Below are positions 8,267 through 17,883 of a stretch of DNA of 64,000 bases, in pieces. Each line of letters begins with the position of its first letter. The first letter of the stretch is position 1. The notes beneath the pieces were generated by a model. It was given only the letters and a program-made list of their open reading frames with translations, was not told where the DNA came from and did no database searches. Location: the NCBI GenBank assembly GCA_047516945.1, contig JAKZTU010000162.1, forward strand, positions 455-64,454. Reading direction: 5' to 3'. Source of the DNA: Acidimicrobiales bacterium. Lineage in GTDB: Bacteria > Actinomycetota > Acidimicrobiia > Acidimicrobiales > Aldehydirespiratoraceae. The translations under genes and the position numbers were made by a program.

Positions 8267-8542
8267 ATGGCAATACACACTCATCTTCGATTGGTTAGCG
8301 ACGAGTTAGATCCTCATTGCGGCGCTTCTGCTAGCGAGCAAGCGGGGCTGATGATCGACTGCGACATGTGCGTTATGCAGCACACAGAAACGTGTGACGA
8401 TTGCGTGGTCAGTTATCTTGTCGGCCACGTTGCCGGCACTCCGGTGGTTCTCGATTTCGAGGAACGACGGGCTTACGAATTGCTTAATGACGCCGGACTT
8501 GTCCCATCAAGCAGGTTCGTTCCACGCTCGGATGCGGTTTAG
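8267..8542 (+). CDS. small Cys-rich hypothetical protein (CxxC-x7-CxxC)
   Basis: 91-aa ORF containing CDMCVMQHTETCDDC. Divergent from the oxidoreductase pair. No family assigned. Confidence 0.4.
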   Translation: MAIHTHLRLVSDELDPHCGASASEQAGLMIDCDMCVMQHTETCDDCVVSYLVGHVAGTPVVLDFEERRAYELLNDAGLVPSSRFVPRSDAV

Positions 8543-8602
8543 TTCTGCACGGTTTTGGTTCTGCGGCGTCTGGTTTCTCATTTGTCGTGCCACGATAAAT
8601 AG

Positions 8603-9712
8603 ATGACTCCAACTGTCGCCGACCTGGTCGCCATCGGCCGCAGCGCGGGGTTAGCGGCTGTAGGGGCGACCGAAGCGACCCCGTTTGAACGCACGCTCGT
8701 AGATCTTGAACAACGCAAGGCCGAGGGTCTGAGTGGTGGCATGCAATTCACCTACCGCAACCCGTCACGCTCAACCGATCCCCACAGGACCATGGATGAC
8801 GCAACCTGTTTGATAGTCGGGGCATACGATTACCAACGCGAACTCCCACCTCGTCCCGGCGATCAACCAACCGGCAGAGTTGCCACCTATAGCTCCGAAG
8901 ACCACTACGCGTCGCTGCGCGCCGCGCTCGAACAGATAGCCATCCCGCTGCGCGCGGCAGGTCACAAGGCCCTCGTTCTGGCTGATCAGAATCATCTCGT
9001 CGACCGAGCAGTTGCTCATCGAGCAGGTATCGGTTGGTGGGGCAAGAGTTCCAATGTGTTGGTGCCTGGTGTCGGCAGTCTGGTGGTGCTCGGTTCTGTG
9101 CTAACCAACGCACCCCTAGAGGTTGAAGAAGTCAACATCGTCGAAGATGGCTGCAAAACATGCACAAAATGTCTCGACGGATGCCCGACCAAGGCGATTA
9201 TCTCGCCGGGCGTAGTCGACGCCAACAAGTGCCTGGCATGGTTGCTTCAGGCATCGGGTCCGTTCCCGGTCGAATATCGAGAGTTGCTCGGCGACCGCAT
9301 ATATGGCTGCGATGACTGCCAAGACGTGTGTCCACCGAACCAGATCCGTGCCAAGAAACCTTCCCCGGTGGGCGCTGACGGCGCTTGGGTTCCGATCCTT
9401 GATATTTTGGAACTTGACGATGAGGCGCTGATGGCTCGTTTTGGACGTTGGTATGTACCTGATCGCGATCCGAATTACTTGCGCCGAAATGCTCTGGTGG
9501 TTCTAGGCAACATCGGTCGAGGCGACGACAAACGAACCGCAGAGGTGCTCACTGGACTATTGGCTCATCGTTCTCCCATCGTCGTAGCTCACGCTGTTTG
9601 GGCAGCTCGCCGACTCAGCAGGGATGATCTCCTACTTGAACTGAACGAGCACCACCAGATTGACGAGATGGTGTCAGCAGAACTCCGACGGCCGGTCACC
9701 GCCGTGGCATAG
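8603..9712 (+). CDS. queG: epoxyqueuosine reductase
   Basis: Two 4Fe-4S motifs (CKTCTKCLDGCP and CDDCQDVCP) and a C-terminal HEAT-like repeat (NALVVLGNIG...VVAHAVWA). Length and layout fit QueG. Confidence 0.85.
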   Translation: MTPTVADLVAIGRSAGLAAVGATEATPFERTLVDLEQRKAEGLSGGMQFTYRNPSRSTDPHRTMDDATCLIVGAYDYQRELPPRPGDQPTGRVATYSSEDHYASLRAALEQIAIPLRAAGHKALVLADQNHLVDRAVAHRAGIGWWGKSSNVLVPGVGSLVVLGSVLTNAPLEVEEVNIVEDGCKTCTKCLDGCPTKAIISPGVVDANKCLAWLLQASGPFPVEYRELLGDRIYGCDDCQDVCPPNQIRAKKPSPVGADGAWVPILDILELDDEALMARFGRWYVPDRDPNYLRRNALVVLGNIGRGDDKRTAEVLTGLLAHRSPIVVAHAVWAARRLSRDDLLLELNEHHQIDEMVSAELRRPVTAVA

Positions 9713-9721
9713 TGGCGTGCT

Positions 9722-10852
9722 GTGGCCCGCCATCTCTTAGTCACCAACGATTTCCCCCCCAAGATCGGTGGCATCCAGAACTATCTATGGGAGCTTTGGC
9801 GGCGACTCCCGCCTGATGAAGTTGTCGTTTACAGCACGCCGCATGCCGACGCGGATGCTTTCGATGCGGCTCAGCCGTTCACGGTCATTCGCAGTCGCGA
9901 ACCTTGGCTACTGCCCCACCCGCTGTTAGCGCGCCGGGTCGATCGACTGGCAGCCGATTGTGATGCCCAACTGGTGATTCTCGATCCCGCTGTTCCGGTT
10001 GGTCTGATCGGCCCTCATTTGAACCTCCGCTATGGCGTCGTCTTGCACGGTGCGGAAGTCACGATTCCCGGTCGTATTCCCGGTGTGCGCAGTCTTTTGA
10101 ATCGAGTACTGGACGGTGCCGTCGGCGTGATCGCAGCCGGGGGGTACCCGGCGCAGCAAGGTGAGCGATCATTGGGGCACTCCCTGCCTGTCAGCATTAT
10201 CCCACCCGGTGTCGATACCGGACGGTTCGTACCACTCGACCAGCACAGCAAACAAGCTGCGCGATCGGCGCTGGGTTTGCCAACCGAGGGTCCGTTGGTG
10301 GTGTCGGTAAGTCGCTTAGTTCCTCGCAAAGGGATGGACACGTTGATTGAGGCATCGGTTGCGATTCGTCGGACTCATCCCGAGGTTTGTGTTGCTATTG
10401 CCGGTGGTGGTCGTGACCAAAAGCGACTGGGTTCTTTGATCGCCAAGCTTGATGCACCGGTGAAGCTTCTGGGCAGACTAGAAACCGATGAGTTGAGTCT
10501 GCTGTATGGCTGTGGCGATGTCTTTACGATGTTGTGCCGCAGCCGCTGGGGCGGACTGGAACAAGAGGGTTTCGGCATTGTCTTTGTGGAGGCTGCGGCG
10601 GCGGGTGTCGCTCAGGTGGCTGGCCGCAGCGGGGGCGCGCACGAAGCGGTTGTCCATGGAGAAACCGGTTTGATCGTCGATGACCCCACCGACGCCCGTG
10701 CAGCCGCGGGCGCGATCTCGGAACTACTCGACGATGACGAGCGCCGAGGGGCTATGGCGCAGGCCGGCAGAGCGCGAGCTGAACAGGAATTCTCCTACGA
10801 CATCTTGGCGAGCCGGCTAGCTACGGCGATCAATACCATGGTGCAGCAATGA
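9722..10852 (+). CDS. GT4 glycosyltransferase, PimB-like mannosyltransferase
   Basis: N-terminal LLVTNDFPPKIGGIQNY and a C-terminal E-x7-E region (LEQEGFGIVFVEAAAAG). GTG start. Confidence 0.8.
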   Translation: MARHLLVTNDFPPKIGGIQNYLWELWRRLPPDEVVVYSTPHADADAFDAAQPFTVIRSREPWLLPHPLLARRVDRLAADCDAQLVILDPAVPVGLIGPHLNLRYGVVLHGAEVTIPGRIPGVRSLLNRVLDGAVGVIAAGGYPAQQGERSLGHSLPVSIIPPGVDTGRFVPLDQHSKQAARSALGLPTEGPLVVSVSRLVPRKGMDTLIEASVAIRRTHPEVCVAIAGGGRDQKRLGSLIAKLDAPVKLLGRLETDELSLLYGCGDVFTMLCRSRWGGLEQEGFGIVFVEAAAAGVAQVAGRSGGAHEAVVHGETGLIVDDPTDARAAAGAISELLDDDERRGAMAQAGRARAEQEFSYDILASRLATAINTMVQQ

Positions 10853-11301
10853 GACGGCGAGAGCAGTGGGCACCAGGCCAAGCCATTCTCAACTGGTCGT
10901 GGTTCGGTACGTCGCTGTTCACGGTCACCGCGGTGGCAGCCACAATCTGGCCGGCTTGGTTCGAGTGGCCCAATTTGGTCGTTTCTTTGGTTTTGTTCGT
11001 GGCTGGCACCGGGGCGATGGTGTGGGCATTCTTGCTCGCCGCGGAACGAAGTCGCCACCATGCCATCGGGATCGGGAGCCTTTACTTTGCTGCGGGAAGC
11101 GCCCCTAGCCAAGTGCAAAAGATCCTGCTGAGTTCACTAGCGGTTGAGGTAGTGGTGGCACTGACCACGGCATCGATACGGATTTACACGCCATCGGCGT
11201 TCGGAATCCTGGTTCCGGTTTGGGCTCTCGGTCTCACAGGACTGTGGTGTGCTCGCTTCGGCGAATTCGAGGTGCGCCAATCCGACCCGCAAAGCGGTTA
11301 G
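10849..11301 (+). CDS. integral membrane protein
   Basis: 150-aa ORF with 4 hydrophobic helices. ATGA overlap with the GT4 stop. Confidence 0.5.
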   Translation: MRRREQWAPGQAILNWSWFGTSLFTVTAVAATIWPAWFEWPNLVVSLVLFVAGTGAMVWAFLLAAERSRHHAIGIGSLYFAAGSAPSQVQKILLSSLAVEVVVALTTASIRIYTPSAFGILVPVWALGLTGLWCARFGEFEVRQSDPQSG

Positions 11302-11312
11302 GGTCGAACGCG

Positions 11313-11765
11313 ATGGTTGATCAGGCGACCGAACGAACAACGATCATGGCCACGCCGGAACAGTGTTATGCCACGGCGATTGACTTTGAGAAGTACCCCG
11401 AATGGGCCTCCGACATCAAGATGGCTCGGGTCCTCTCGCGTGACGACGAAGGCCGAGCTGTCGATGTGGAATATCGGGCCGCGGCTATGGGACGTAGCAC
11501 TACTTACACGTTGCGCTATTTCTACGGCGCCAACCCGCGTCGGCTTGCCTGGCGTTTGCAACGAGGTGACATCACCAGACGCCTCGACGGCGAGTATGAA
11601 TTTCTGTCGGTGCCATCCGACCCCGGATCTACCGAAGTCGTGTATCACCTAGCCGTAGATCTGAAAGTCCCCCTGCCGGGTTTTGTCAAGCGACGCGCTG
11701 AGGCTCGCTTGTTGCGTACGGCTCTTGAGAACTTCACCAAACACGTTGAGAGCCGTTCGTCGTGA
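11313..11765 (+). CDS. SRPBCC (polyketide cyclase/dehydrase-like) family protein
   Basis: Start moved to ATG 11313 (MVDQATERTTIMATPEQCYATAIDFEKYPEWASDI), a typical SRPBCC N-terminus. Confidence 0.7.
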   Translation: MVDQATERTTIMATPEQCYATAIDFEKYPEWASDIKMARVLSRDDEGRAVDVEYRAAAMGRSTTYTLRYFYGANPRRLAWRLQRGDITRRLDGEYEFLSVPSDPGSTEVVYHLAVDLKVPLPGFVKRRAEARLLRTALENFTKHVESRSS

Positions 11766-11795
11766 GGGCTCCTGCTACCGATCAGCGCAACTGGC

Positions 11796-12035
11796 ATGGA
11801 TGAGAACGGGTCGGTGGCCGATGGTGAAGGCCGGTTCGATGAAGTGCGGGAGGCCGCTGAGGCAGTCTTGGCATCTCTAAAGTGGCTGGTCGAAGCTACC
11901 GAAAGAGTTATCGAAGATCCAGAAGCGATGGCAGCGGTAGCAGCGACGGGGAGGTCTTTCGTTGATGCTTTCACAAAAGGATTCAGGTTCAACGAAAACC
12001 CCGGAGGCTCTGATGCTCCCGGCACAGATCAGTAG
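11796..12035 (+). CDS. small acidic hypothetical protein
   Basis: 79-aa ORF that fills the gap between two same-strand genes. No recognisable motif. Confidence 0.35.
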   Translation: MDENGSVADGEGRFDEVREAAEAVLASLKWLVEATERVIEDPEAMAAVAATGRSFVDAFTKGFRFNENPGGSDAPGTDQ

Positions 12036-12044
12036 CGGTCGATC

Positions 12045-13223
12045 ATGAAGTTCCGCCGGATCAGCGGGCTTCCGCCCTATGTCTTCACGATCATTGACTC
12101 GTTGAAGATTGATGCACGGCGAGCGGGTGAAGATGTGATCGACCTCGGCTTCGGCAACCCCGATCTCCCATCTCCCCCCACCGCGGTAAACAAGCTGATT
12201 GAAGCGGCCCAAAACCCTCGGAACCACAGGTATTCCTCCAGCAGGGGAATCCCAAAACTCCGTGCCGCGGCAGCTGATCTTTATCAGCGCCGATTCGGTG
12301 TCGAACTTGACCCAGAGACCGAAGTGATCAACACGATCGGTGCCAAAGAGGGATTCAGTCATCTGATGTGGGTCTTGCTGGAGCCAGGAGACTCAGTCCT
12401 CGTACCCTCCCCGTCGTATCCGATCCACCTCTTCGCTCCGCTGTTTGCTGGTGCCAACGTTCGCGAGATGCCCTTGACCAGCAATCAGGAAGACTTCTTC
12501 GACACTCTCAGGATCCGCTTCGAGTATTCCTGGCCTCGTCCGCGAGTCATTGTGTTGTCGTTTCCGCACAACCCGACAACCGCATGCGTTGACCTTGATT
12601 TCATGCAACAGGTTGTCGATTTCGCCCGTCAACGCGATGTCATCGTGGTGCACGACTTCGCTTACGCCGACCTCGGTTACGACGGATACATGCCGTGTTC
12701 AATCCTCGAAGCCGATGGCGCAAAAGAGGTGGCGGTCGAGTTTTATTCGATGACGAAGAGCTTTTCGATGGCGGGTTGGCGTGTCGCTTTCATGGTTGGC
12801 AACGCTGAGACTGTGGCTGCTTTGGCGAAGCTGAAGAGCTATCTCGACTATGGCTCGTTCCAGCCAGTGCAGATCGCCGCCACCGTAACCATGAACGAAG
12901 CTTCGGATTTCCCCAGCGAGGCCCGTCAAATCTACGAGAGCCGACGCAACACGCTTTGCGATGGGCTTGCTCGCATCGGCTGGGAGGTTGAGCCACCGAA
13001 AGGGACCATGTTCACTTGGGCGCCGATTCCAGAGCCATATCGCCACCTGGGTTCAGTCGAGTTCGCGTCGATGCTCGTCACCGAGGCCAACGTCGCGGTT
13101 TCTCCTGGCGTGGGTTTTGGTCCCGGTGGGGAAGGCAATGTGAGATTTGCCCTGATCGAAAACGAACAGCGAATCAACCAAGCAATACGTCAAATGCGCT
13201 CTGCCCTAACCAAACTCGCCTAG
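12045..13223 (+). CDS. class I/II PLP aminotransferase (AlaT/AspC-like)
   Basis: N-terminal RISGLPPYVFTIIDSLKIDARRAGEDVIDLGFGNPDLP. PLP Lys motif SMTKSFSMAGWRV. Confidence 0.85.
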   Translation: MKFRRISGLPPYVFTIIDSLKIDARRAGEDVIDLGFGNPDLPSPPTAVNKLIEAAQNPRNHRYSSSRGIPKLRAAAADLYQRRFGVELDPETEVINTIGAKEGFSHLMWVLLEPGDSVLVPSPSYPIHLFAPLFAGANVREMPLTSNQEDFFDTLRIRFEYSWPRPRVIVLSFPHNPTTACVDLDFMQQVVDFARQRDVIVVHDFAYADLGYDGYMPCSILEADGAKEVAVEFYSMTKSFSMAGWRVAFMVGNAETVAALAKLKSYLDYGSFQPVQIAATVTMNEASDFPSEARQIYESRRNTLCDGLARIGWEVEPPKGTMFTWAPIPEPYRHLGSVEFASMLVTEANVAVSPGVGFGPGGEGNVRFALIENEQRINQAIRQMRSALTKLA

Positions 13224-13242
13224 CGCCAGCTTGATTCAGGGT

Positions 13243-14724
13243 CTATTCGGTTAGATCCCACTCTAAAGATCGACTCACTGCTCGTTGCCATTGGGCATAG
13301 TCTGCATCAGCACGCCTGCGGTCTGGATTTGGCTGGAATCTGTGGTCGGCGTCGGACTGGTTGGACAAACTGGCGACTTCATCAAGTCCGCTCCAGACGC
13401 CTTCAGCAATCCCCGCGAGGTAAGCGGCGCCAAGCGCTGTCGTCTCTGCGACCGACGCTCGCACAACGGGAACGCCGAGCTGATCGGCCTGGATCTGCAA
13501 TAGGACATCCATCACCGATGCACCACCGTCGACTCGGAGTTCGCTAAGACACGTTCCGGAAGCGGCAGACATGGCTTCGACCACGTCGCGGCTTTGGTAG
13601 GCCATAGATTCCACCGTCGCGCGGACGATTTCTGCGCGACCGGTGCCGCGGGTTAGGCCCACGATCGTGCCGCGCGCCCGTGCATCCCAGTGGGGTGAAC
13701 CGAGCCCTGCAAGTGCCGGAACGAAAACGACGCCACCAGTGTCGGAGACCGACGCGGCGAGTGGTCCGGTCTCGGCCGCATCGTCGATTATGCCGAGACC
13801 GTCGCGTAGCCACTGAATCGCCGCCCCGGTAACGAAGATTGCTCCTTCGTAGGCGTATGTCGTTTTGTCTTCAATAGTCCATGCAACGGTTGAGAGAAGC
13901 CCCTCTACTGGTTCGGGGCGTTGGGCACCAACGTTCATCAGCACGAAGGAACCGGTCCCGTAGGTGTTCTTGGCTTGCCCAGGCCAAAAGCAGGTTTGAC
14001 CGAATAGAGCGGCCTGCTGGTCACCGGCAATCCCACTGATCGGTACTCTGGCGCCCGTAGGAATGTCGGCTGTTGTCTCACCAAATCGTCCCGATGATGG
14101 CAATACCTCCGGCAGCGCGGTCATCGGCACGTCAAATAGTGAGCACATCTGGTCACTCCAGGACATTGTGCCGATGTCGAACAGCAGGGTCCGGCTGGCG
14201 TTGGAAGTGTCTGTGGTGTGGTGCCCGCCGGTCAGGTTCCAAACGAGCCACGAGTCGACCGTACCGAAGGCCAGATGCTCGTCGGGCGTGACACCCCCTT
14301 GCTTGAACAACCATTCCAGTTTGCTCGCAGAAAAATAGGGGTCAAGGACGAGTCCCGTGGTTGAACGCACCAAATCGAGATGCCCCGCGGCCTGCAATTG
14401 CTCACATCGTGTGGCGGTACGTCTATCTTGCCAGACGATGGCACGATGGAGGGGTTGGCCGCTACGCCGATCCCAGACCACCACCGTTTCTCGCTGGTTG
14501 GTAATACCGATCGCGCTGATGGGTTCAGCAGTCGTCTCCACGATCTCGGCAAGGGTTTCCAGGACCGCTTGCCATATCTCGACGGGGTCGTGTTCCACCC
14601 AGCCTGGTCTTGGAAAGTGCTGGGTGAACTCCCGATATGCAAAACCGAGCGGCACGCCCTGTTCGTCTACGGCGAATGTGCGAACTCCGGTCGTGCCTGA
14701 ATCGATAGTGATAACAAGTCCCAT
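13243..14724 (-). CDS. glpK: glycerol kinase
   Basis: FGGY kinase. Motifs ITIDSGTTGVRTF, GITNQRETVVVWD, GDQQAALFGQ and TYGTGSF. Confidence 0.93.
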   Translation of the reverse strand: MGLVITIDSGTTGVRTFAVDEQGVPLGFAYREFTQHFPRPGWVEHDPVEIWQAVLETLAEIVETTAEPISAIGITNQRETVVVWDRRSGQPLHRAIVWQDRRTATRCEQLQAAGHLDLVRSTTGLVLDPYFSASKLEWLFKQGGVTPDEHLAFGTVDSWLVWNLTGGHHTTDTSNASRTLLFDIGTMSWSDQMCSLFDVPMTALPEVLPSSGRFGETTADIPTGARVPISGIAGDQQAALFGQTCFWPGQAKNTYGTGSFVLMNVGAQRPEPVEGLLSTVAWTIEDKTTYAYEGAIFVTGAAIQWLRDGLGIIDDAAETGPLAASVSDTGGVVFVPALAGLGSPHWDARARGTIVGLTRGTGRAEIVRATVESMAYQSRDVVEAMSAASGTCLSELRVDGGASVMDVLLQIQADQLGVPVVRASVAETTALGAAYLAGIAEGVWSGLDEVASLSNQSDADHRFQPNPDRRRADADYAQWQRAVSRSLEWDLTE

Positions 14725-14757
14725 GACCCGACGTTATCTGTTGGTAGCGTCGCTGGA

Positions 14758-15786
14758 ATGAAAGTTGGGGTGCTTACCGGAGGTGGCGATTGTCCTGGCT
14801 TGAACGCGGTGATCCGAGGCGTCGTACGCAAGGCTGAACGGGAATACGGCGACGAGGTTGTCGGGTTCCTCGACGGTTGGAGTGGCCTGCTTGATGATCG
14901 CTGGATGCCACTTGATGTCGAGGCTTGCCGAGGACTTTTGACCCGCGGAGGCACCGTTTTGGGGACGAGTCGCTACCAGCCTTACATGTTTGATGACGGG
15001 GTTGAGCGCGTAAAAGCCACCATGGCCCGACACTTTGTTGATGCGCTGATCGTCATCGGAGGAGAGGGAACGCTCTCGGCTGCTTCTCGAATTCACGCCG
15101 ATGGCGTACCTTTGGTTGGTGTACCCAAGACCATCGACAACGACATCGGCGGGACAGAGAGGACCTTCGGCTTCGACACAGCGGTGCAAATTGCCACTGA
15201 TGCGATCGACCGACTACACACCACAGCAGAGTCCCATGATCGGGTGATTGTTGTTGAGGTGATGGGCCGCCATGTGGGGCATATTGCCACTTGGGCTGGG
15301 ATCGCCGGTGGTGCCACGATAGTGCTGGTTCCAGAGGTGCCTTTTGATATCAGCGCGATATGTGAATCGCTCAAGAGAAGGCACCGGCGAGGCCGCTTCT
15401 CTTCGATAGTGGTAGTTGCGGAGGGTGCGGTTCCTGCACCTGGAACGCTTGAGGTCGCCGAGCCGACAATCGACGAATATGGCCACGCCAGACTCGGTGG
15501 AATCTGCAACGTTGTGGCCCAAGAGATCGAACAACGTACTGGTTTTGAGACGCGGGTCACGGTGCTTGGACATGTCCAGCGTGGTGGCACCCCTTCCGCG
15601 CTGGACAGAGTGCTTTCCACTTGGTACGGGGTTGCCGCCATGAGTGCGGTGCACGAAGGTGACTTTGGGACGATGGTTGCTTTTAATAACAACAAGGTCG
15701 TCCGGAGGCGTCTCGATGAGTGTGTCTCGACGCTGAAATACGCAGACCCGGATCTGCTGGAAGTGGCTCGCACTTTTTTCCCTTAA
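14758..15786 (+). CDS. pfkA: 6-phosphofructokinase
   Basis: Motifs MKVGVLTGGGDCPGLNAVIRG, IVIGGEGTL, GVPKTIDNDI and VMGRHVGHIA. Confidence 0.9.
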   Translation: MKVGVLTGGGDCPGLNAVIRGVVRKAEREYGDEVVGFLDGWSGLLDDRWMPLDVEACRGLLTRGGTVLGTSRYQPYMFDDGVERVKATMARHFVDALIVIGGEGTLSAASRIHADGVPLVGVPKTIDNDIGGTERTFGFDTAVQIATDAIDRLHTTAESHDRVIVVEVMGRHVGHIATWAGIAGGATIVLVPEVPFDISAICESLKRRHRRGRFSSIVVVAEGAVPAPGTLEVAEPTIDEYGHARLGGICNVVAQEIEQRTGFETRVTVLGHVQRGGTPSALDRVLSTWYGVAAMSAVHEGDFGTMVAFNNNKVVRRRLDECVSTLKYADPDLLEVARTFFP

Positions 15787-15820
15787 GGCTCTTCCTTAAA
15801 GCTGAACTGCGAACAAAGGC

Positions 15821-16465
15821 CTATCCCTCTACGTCACCTGGATCTTCATCTCCAGACTCAGGCTCACCCTGAGCTTGAGATTCGGGGTTGAAGGAAGCGT
15901 AGTTGCTGCGGTCGACCGTTTGGTCCTCGTCTGTGGTCTCGGCGCTAGTCGGGAGTGCTTGGCGCTGAGAATCGATCAAAATCCGGACTCGGTTCACATT
16001 GCTACCGGGTTCGGTCGCAGTCCAGACGAGTTGGGCCACGGCTTCAAGTAAAATCGGGCTTACATCAGCCTCGGGGTCATCCTGGGTGATATTGATCGTC
16101 AACAGATCTCGGTCCCGTGTTGCGCTCAACAGATCAAACTCAAGCAACTGATTCACCAAGCCGATATTTCGCTCATCTTCGGTGCGGAACTCGTCAAAGA
16201 GGGGCCGCAGCCGGCCTGCGTTGGTGGTAAACGGTCGGATCTCTCTGACAACCGGCACCACGATCGATTCGACCTGGTCGATCAAATAAAAAGTTGCGGG
16301 CTCGGTGGGAACCACAGGTGCGGTGATTGTGGTCGTGGTGTAGCCAGGGCGCAGGTTCTCTGGCAGATCACTCGTAGAAATCTCAGATGCCGGCCCGTCA
16401 GTCGGAACTGAACAGGCGACGGCGAGCAACGCGATTACGAGTGCCGTGTTGAAAATCCGGCTCAC
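15821..16465 (-). CDS. short LpqB-like lipoprotein
   Basis: GTG 16465 overlaps the mtrB stop (GTGA). Signal peptide with lipobox LLAVAC. It sits where lpqB lies downstream of mtrAB but is only about 214 aa. Confidence 0.6.
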   Translation of the reverse strand: MSRIFNTALVIALLAVACSVPTDGPASEISTSDLPENLRPGYTTTTITAPVVPTEPATFYLIDQVESIVVPVVREIRPFTTNAGRLRPLFDEFRTEDERNIGLVNQLLEFDLLSATRDRDLLTINITQDDPEADVSPILLEAVAQLVWTATEPGSNVNRVRILIDSQRQALPTSAETTDEDQTVDRSNYASFNPESQAQGEPESGDEDPGDVEG

Positions 16466-17877
16466 TGATCGTCTTCCGGATCGATTCGTATCGGCAGAGC
16501 AACGACCATCCGGGCTCCCGGCATTCCGTCGGGCCGATCCTCGACCCAAACCTCCCCGGTGTGCAGTCGCACATGTTCTGAGACGAGTGACAACCCGAGT
16601 CCTGTGCCAGTATTGTGGCCGCGTCGTCCGCCCGAACTGCCCCGACTGAAGCGGTCAAAGATCACTTGCCTCTCGTCCGCGGGGACCCCCGGACCATGGT
16701 CTTGGACTGCCAAGAACGCCACATCTTGTTCGCTGGAAATCTCGACCTCAATGTTGCCCCCGCCATACTTGTCCGCGTTGTCAATAAGGTTGGCTATCAC
16801 CTGCGCAAGGCGACGTTTATCAGCGACGATCACTAAAGACTCACCCTCTTCGCTTACCGAGAGTGCGATATCAGGTCTGGTCGAATAGCTGATTGCGTGC
16901 CGGACGAACTCGGCAAAAAAGACCGGTTCGGCCTGCAGAGCTGCGGTACCGACGTCGTACCGACTGATCTCGAGTAGATTTTCGACCAGTTGGGTGAACC
17001 GAGCGATGTCATCGGTCAGCAGTGCCAGCGCTGTTTGGCTGCGTTGCGACATTTGATAGCGGTCATTATTGAGAACCTCCGCTGAAGCACTGAACGTCAT
17101 CAGCGGAGAACGAAGCTCATGACTAACTTCCGAGGCAAAGCGGGCATCGCGGTCAATACGGTCCTCAAGAGATTGGGCCATACCGTTGAACGAAGCTGAG
17201 AGCGAAGCCAAGTCAGCGTCAGCCGGCGGATCGAGCCGGGTTTGAAGTTCGCCCGCAGCTAGTGATTCAGCAGCCGCGCGAATATCAGCCAGCGGCCTCA
17301 GCGCGCGACGCGAAGCCCACAATCCGAACGCAGCCGCAACGAGAGTTGTGACAGTGCCAACACCAAACAGAATCAGGCCCAGCGAATTCAAAGTGTCATC
17401 GACTTCGCCAATGAGCACAGCCTCGAAATACGCGGCATCGCGGCCCGGGAGTTGAACGCCGCTGACGATGGCAGGTTCTCCGCTCAGATTGACCCGGGTG
17501 CGACCCGCCGATCCTTGAGAGATGAGCTGCAGAAGCGTAGCGGGCACAGTCTCCTCGCTGAACACCACCGGGTTCAGCCCTACCCACTCATCACCGAATC
17601 GAACCAGCGGCAAAGCACCTGAGGTAGTTGTCAAGGATTCCAGAATTGCGGCGACCCCTTCAGCGGCAGGTTCATCGCCTATCTGACGTTGGAACCGCTG
17701 ACCGTTTTCCGCAAACGAAGCCAGCGCCGCGGCGTCGCGCTCAACCAAGAGACTTCGACGCGTCAGCGTCAAGGTCAACAGTCCGATCGCAGTGGCTAAG
17801 AGCAGGCCCCCCAAAGCAAAAAGAAGAGTGATTCTTGCCCGCAGCCCGAGTCGTTCCCAACGAGACACAATCACCAA
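16462..17877 (-). CDS. mtrB: sensor histidine kinase (MtrB-like)
   Basis: Two TM helices and a HAMP domain. H-box EVSHELRSPL. ATP-lid motifs NLIDNADKYG, DHGPGVP and GTGLGLSLV. Confidence 0.8.
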   Translation of the reverse strand: MVIVSRWERLGLRARITLLFALGGLLLATAIGLLTLTLTRRSLLVERDAAALASFAENGQRFQRQIGDEPAAEGVAAILESLTTTSGALPLVRFGDEWVGLNPVVFSEETVPATLLQLISQGSAGRTRVNLSGEPAIVSGVQLPGRDAAYFEAVLIGEVDDTLNSLGLILFGVGTVTTLVAAAFGLWASRRALRPLADIRAAAESLAAGELQTRLDPPADADLASLSASFNGMAQSLEDRIDRDARFASEVSHELRSPLMTFSASAEVLNNDRYQMSQRSQTALALLTDDIARFTQLVENLLEISRYDVGTAALQAEPVFFAEFVRHAISYSTRPDIALSVSEEGESLVIVADKRRLAQVIANLIDNADKYGGGNIEVEISSEQDVAFLAVQDHGPGVPADERQVIFDRFSRGSSGGRRGHNTGTGLGLSLVSEHVRLHTGEVWVEDRPDGMPGARMVVALPIRIDPEDDQ

Positions 17878-17883
17878 TCTCTC

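Noticed and set aside
15093-15773. 226-aa minus-strand ORF
   Set aside because: It is antisense inside pfkA, a typical GC-rich shadow ORF with no motifs.
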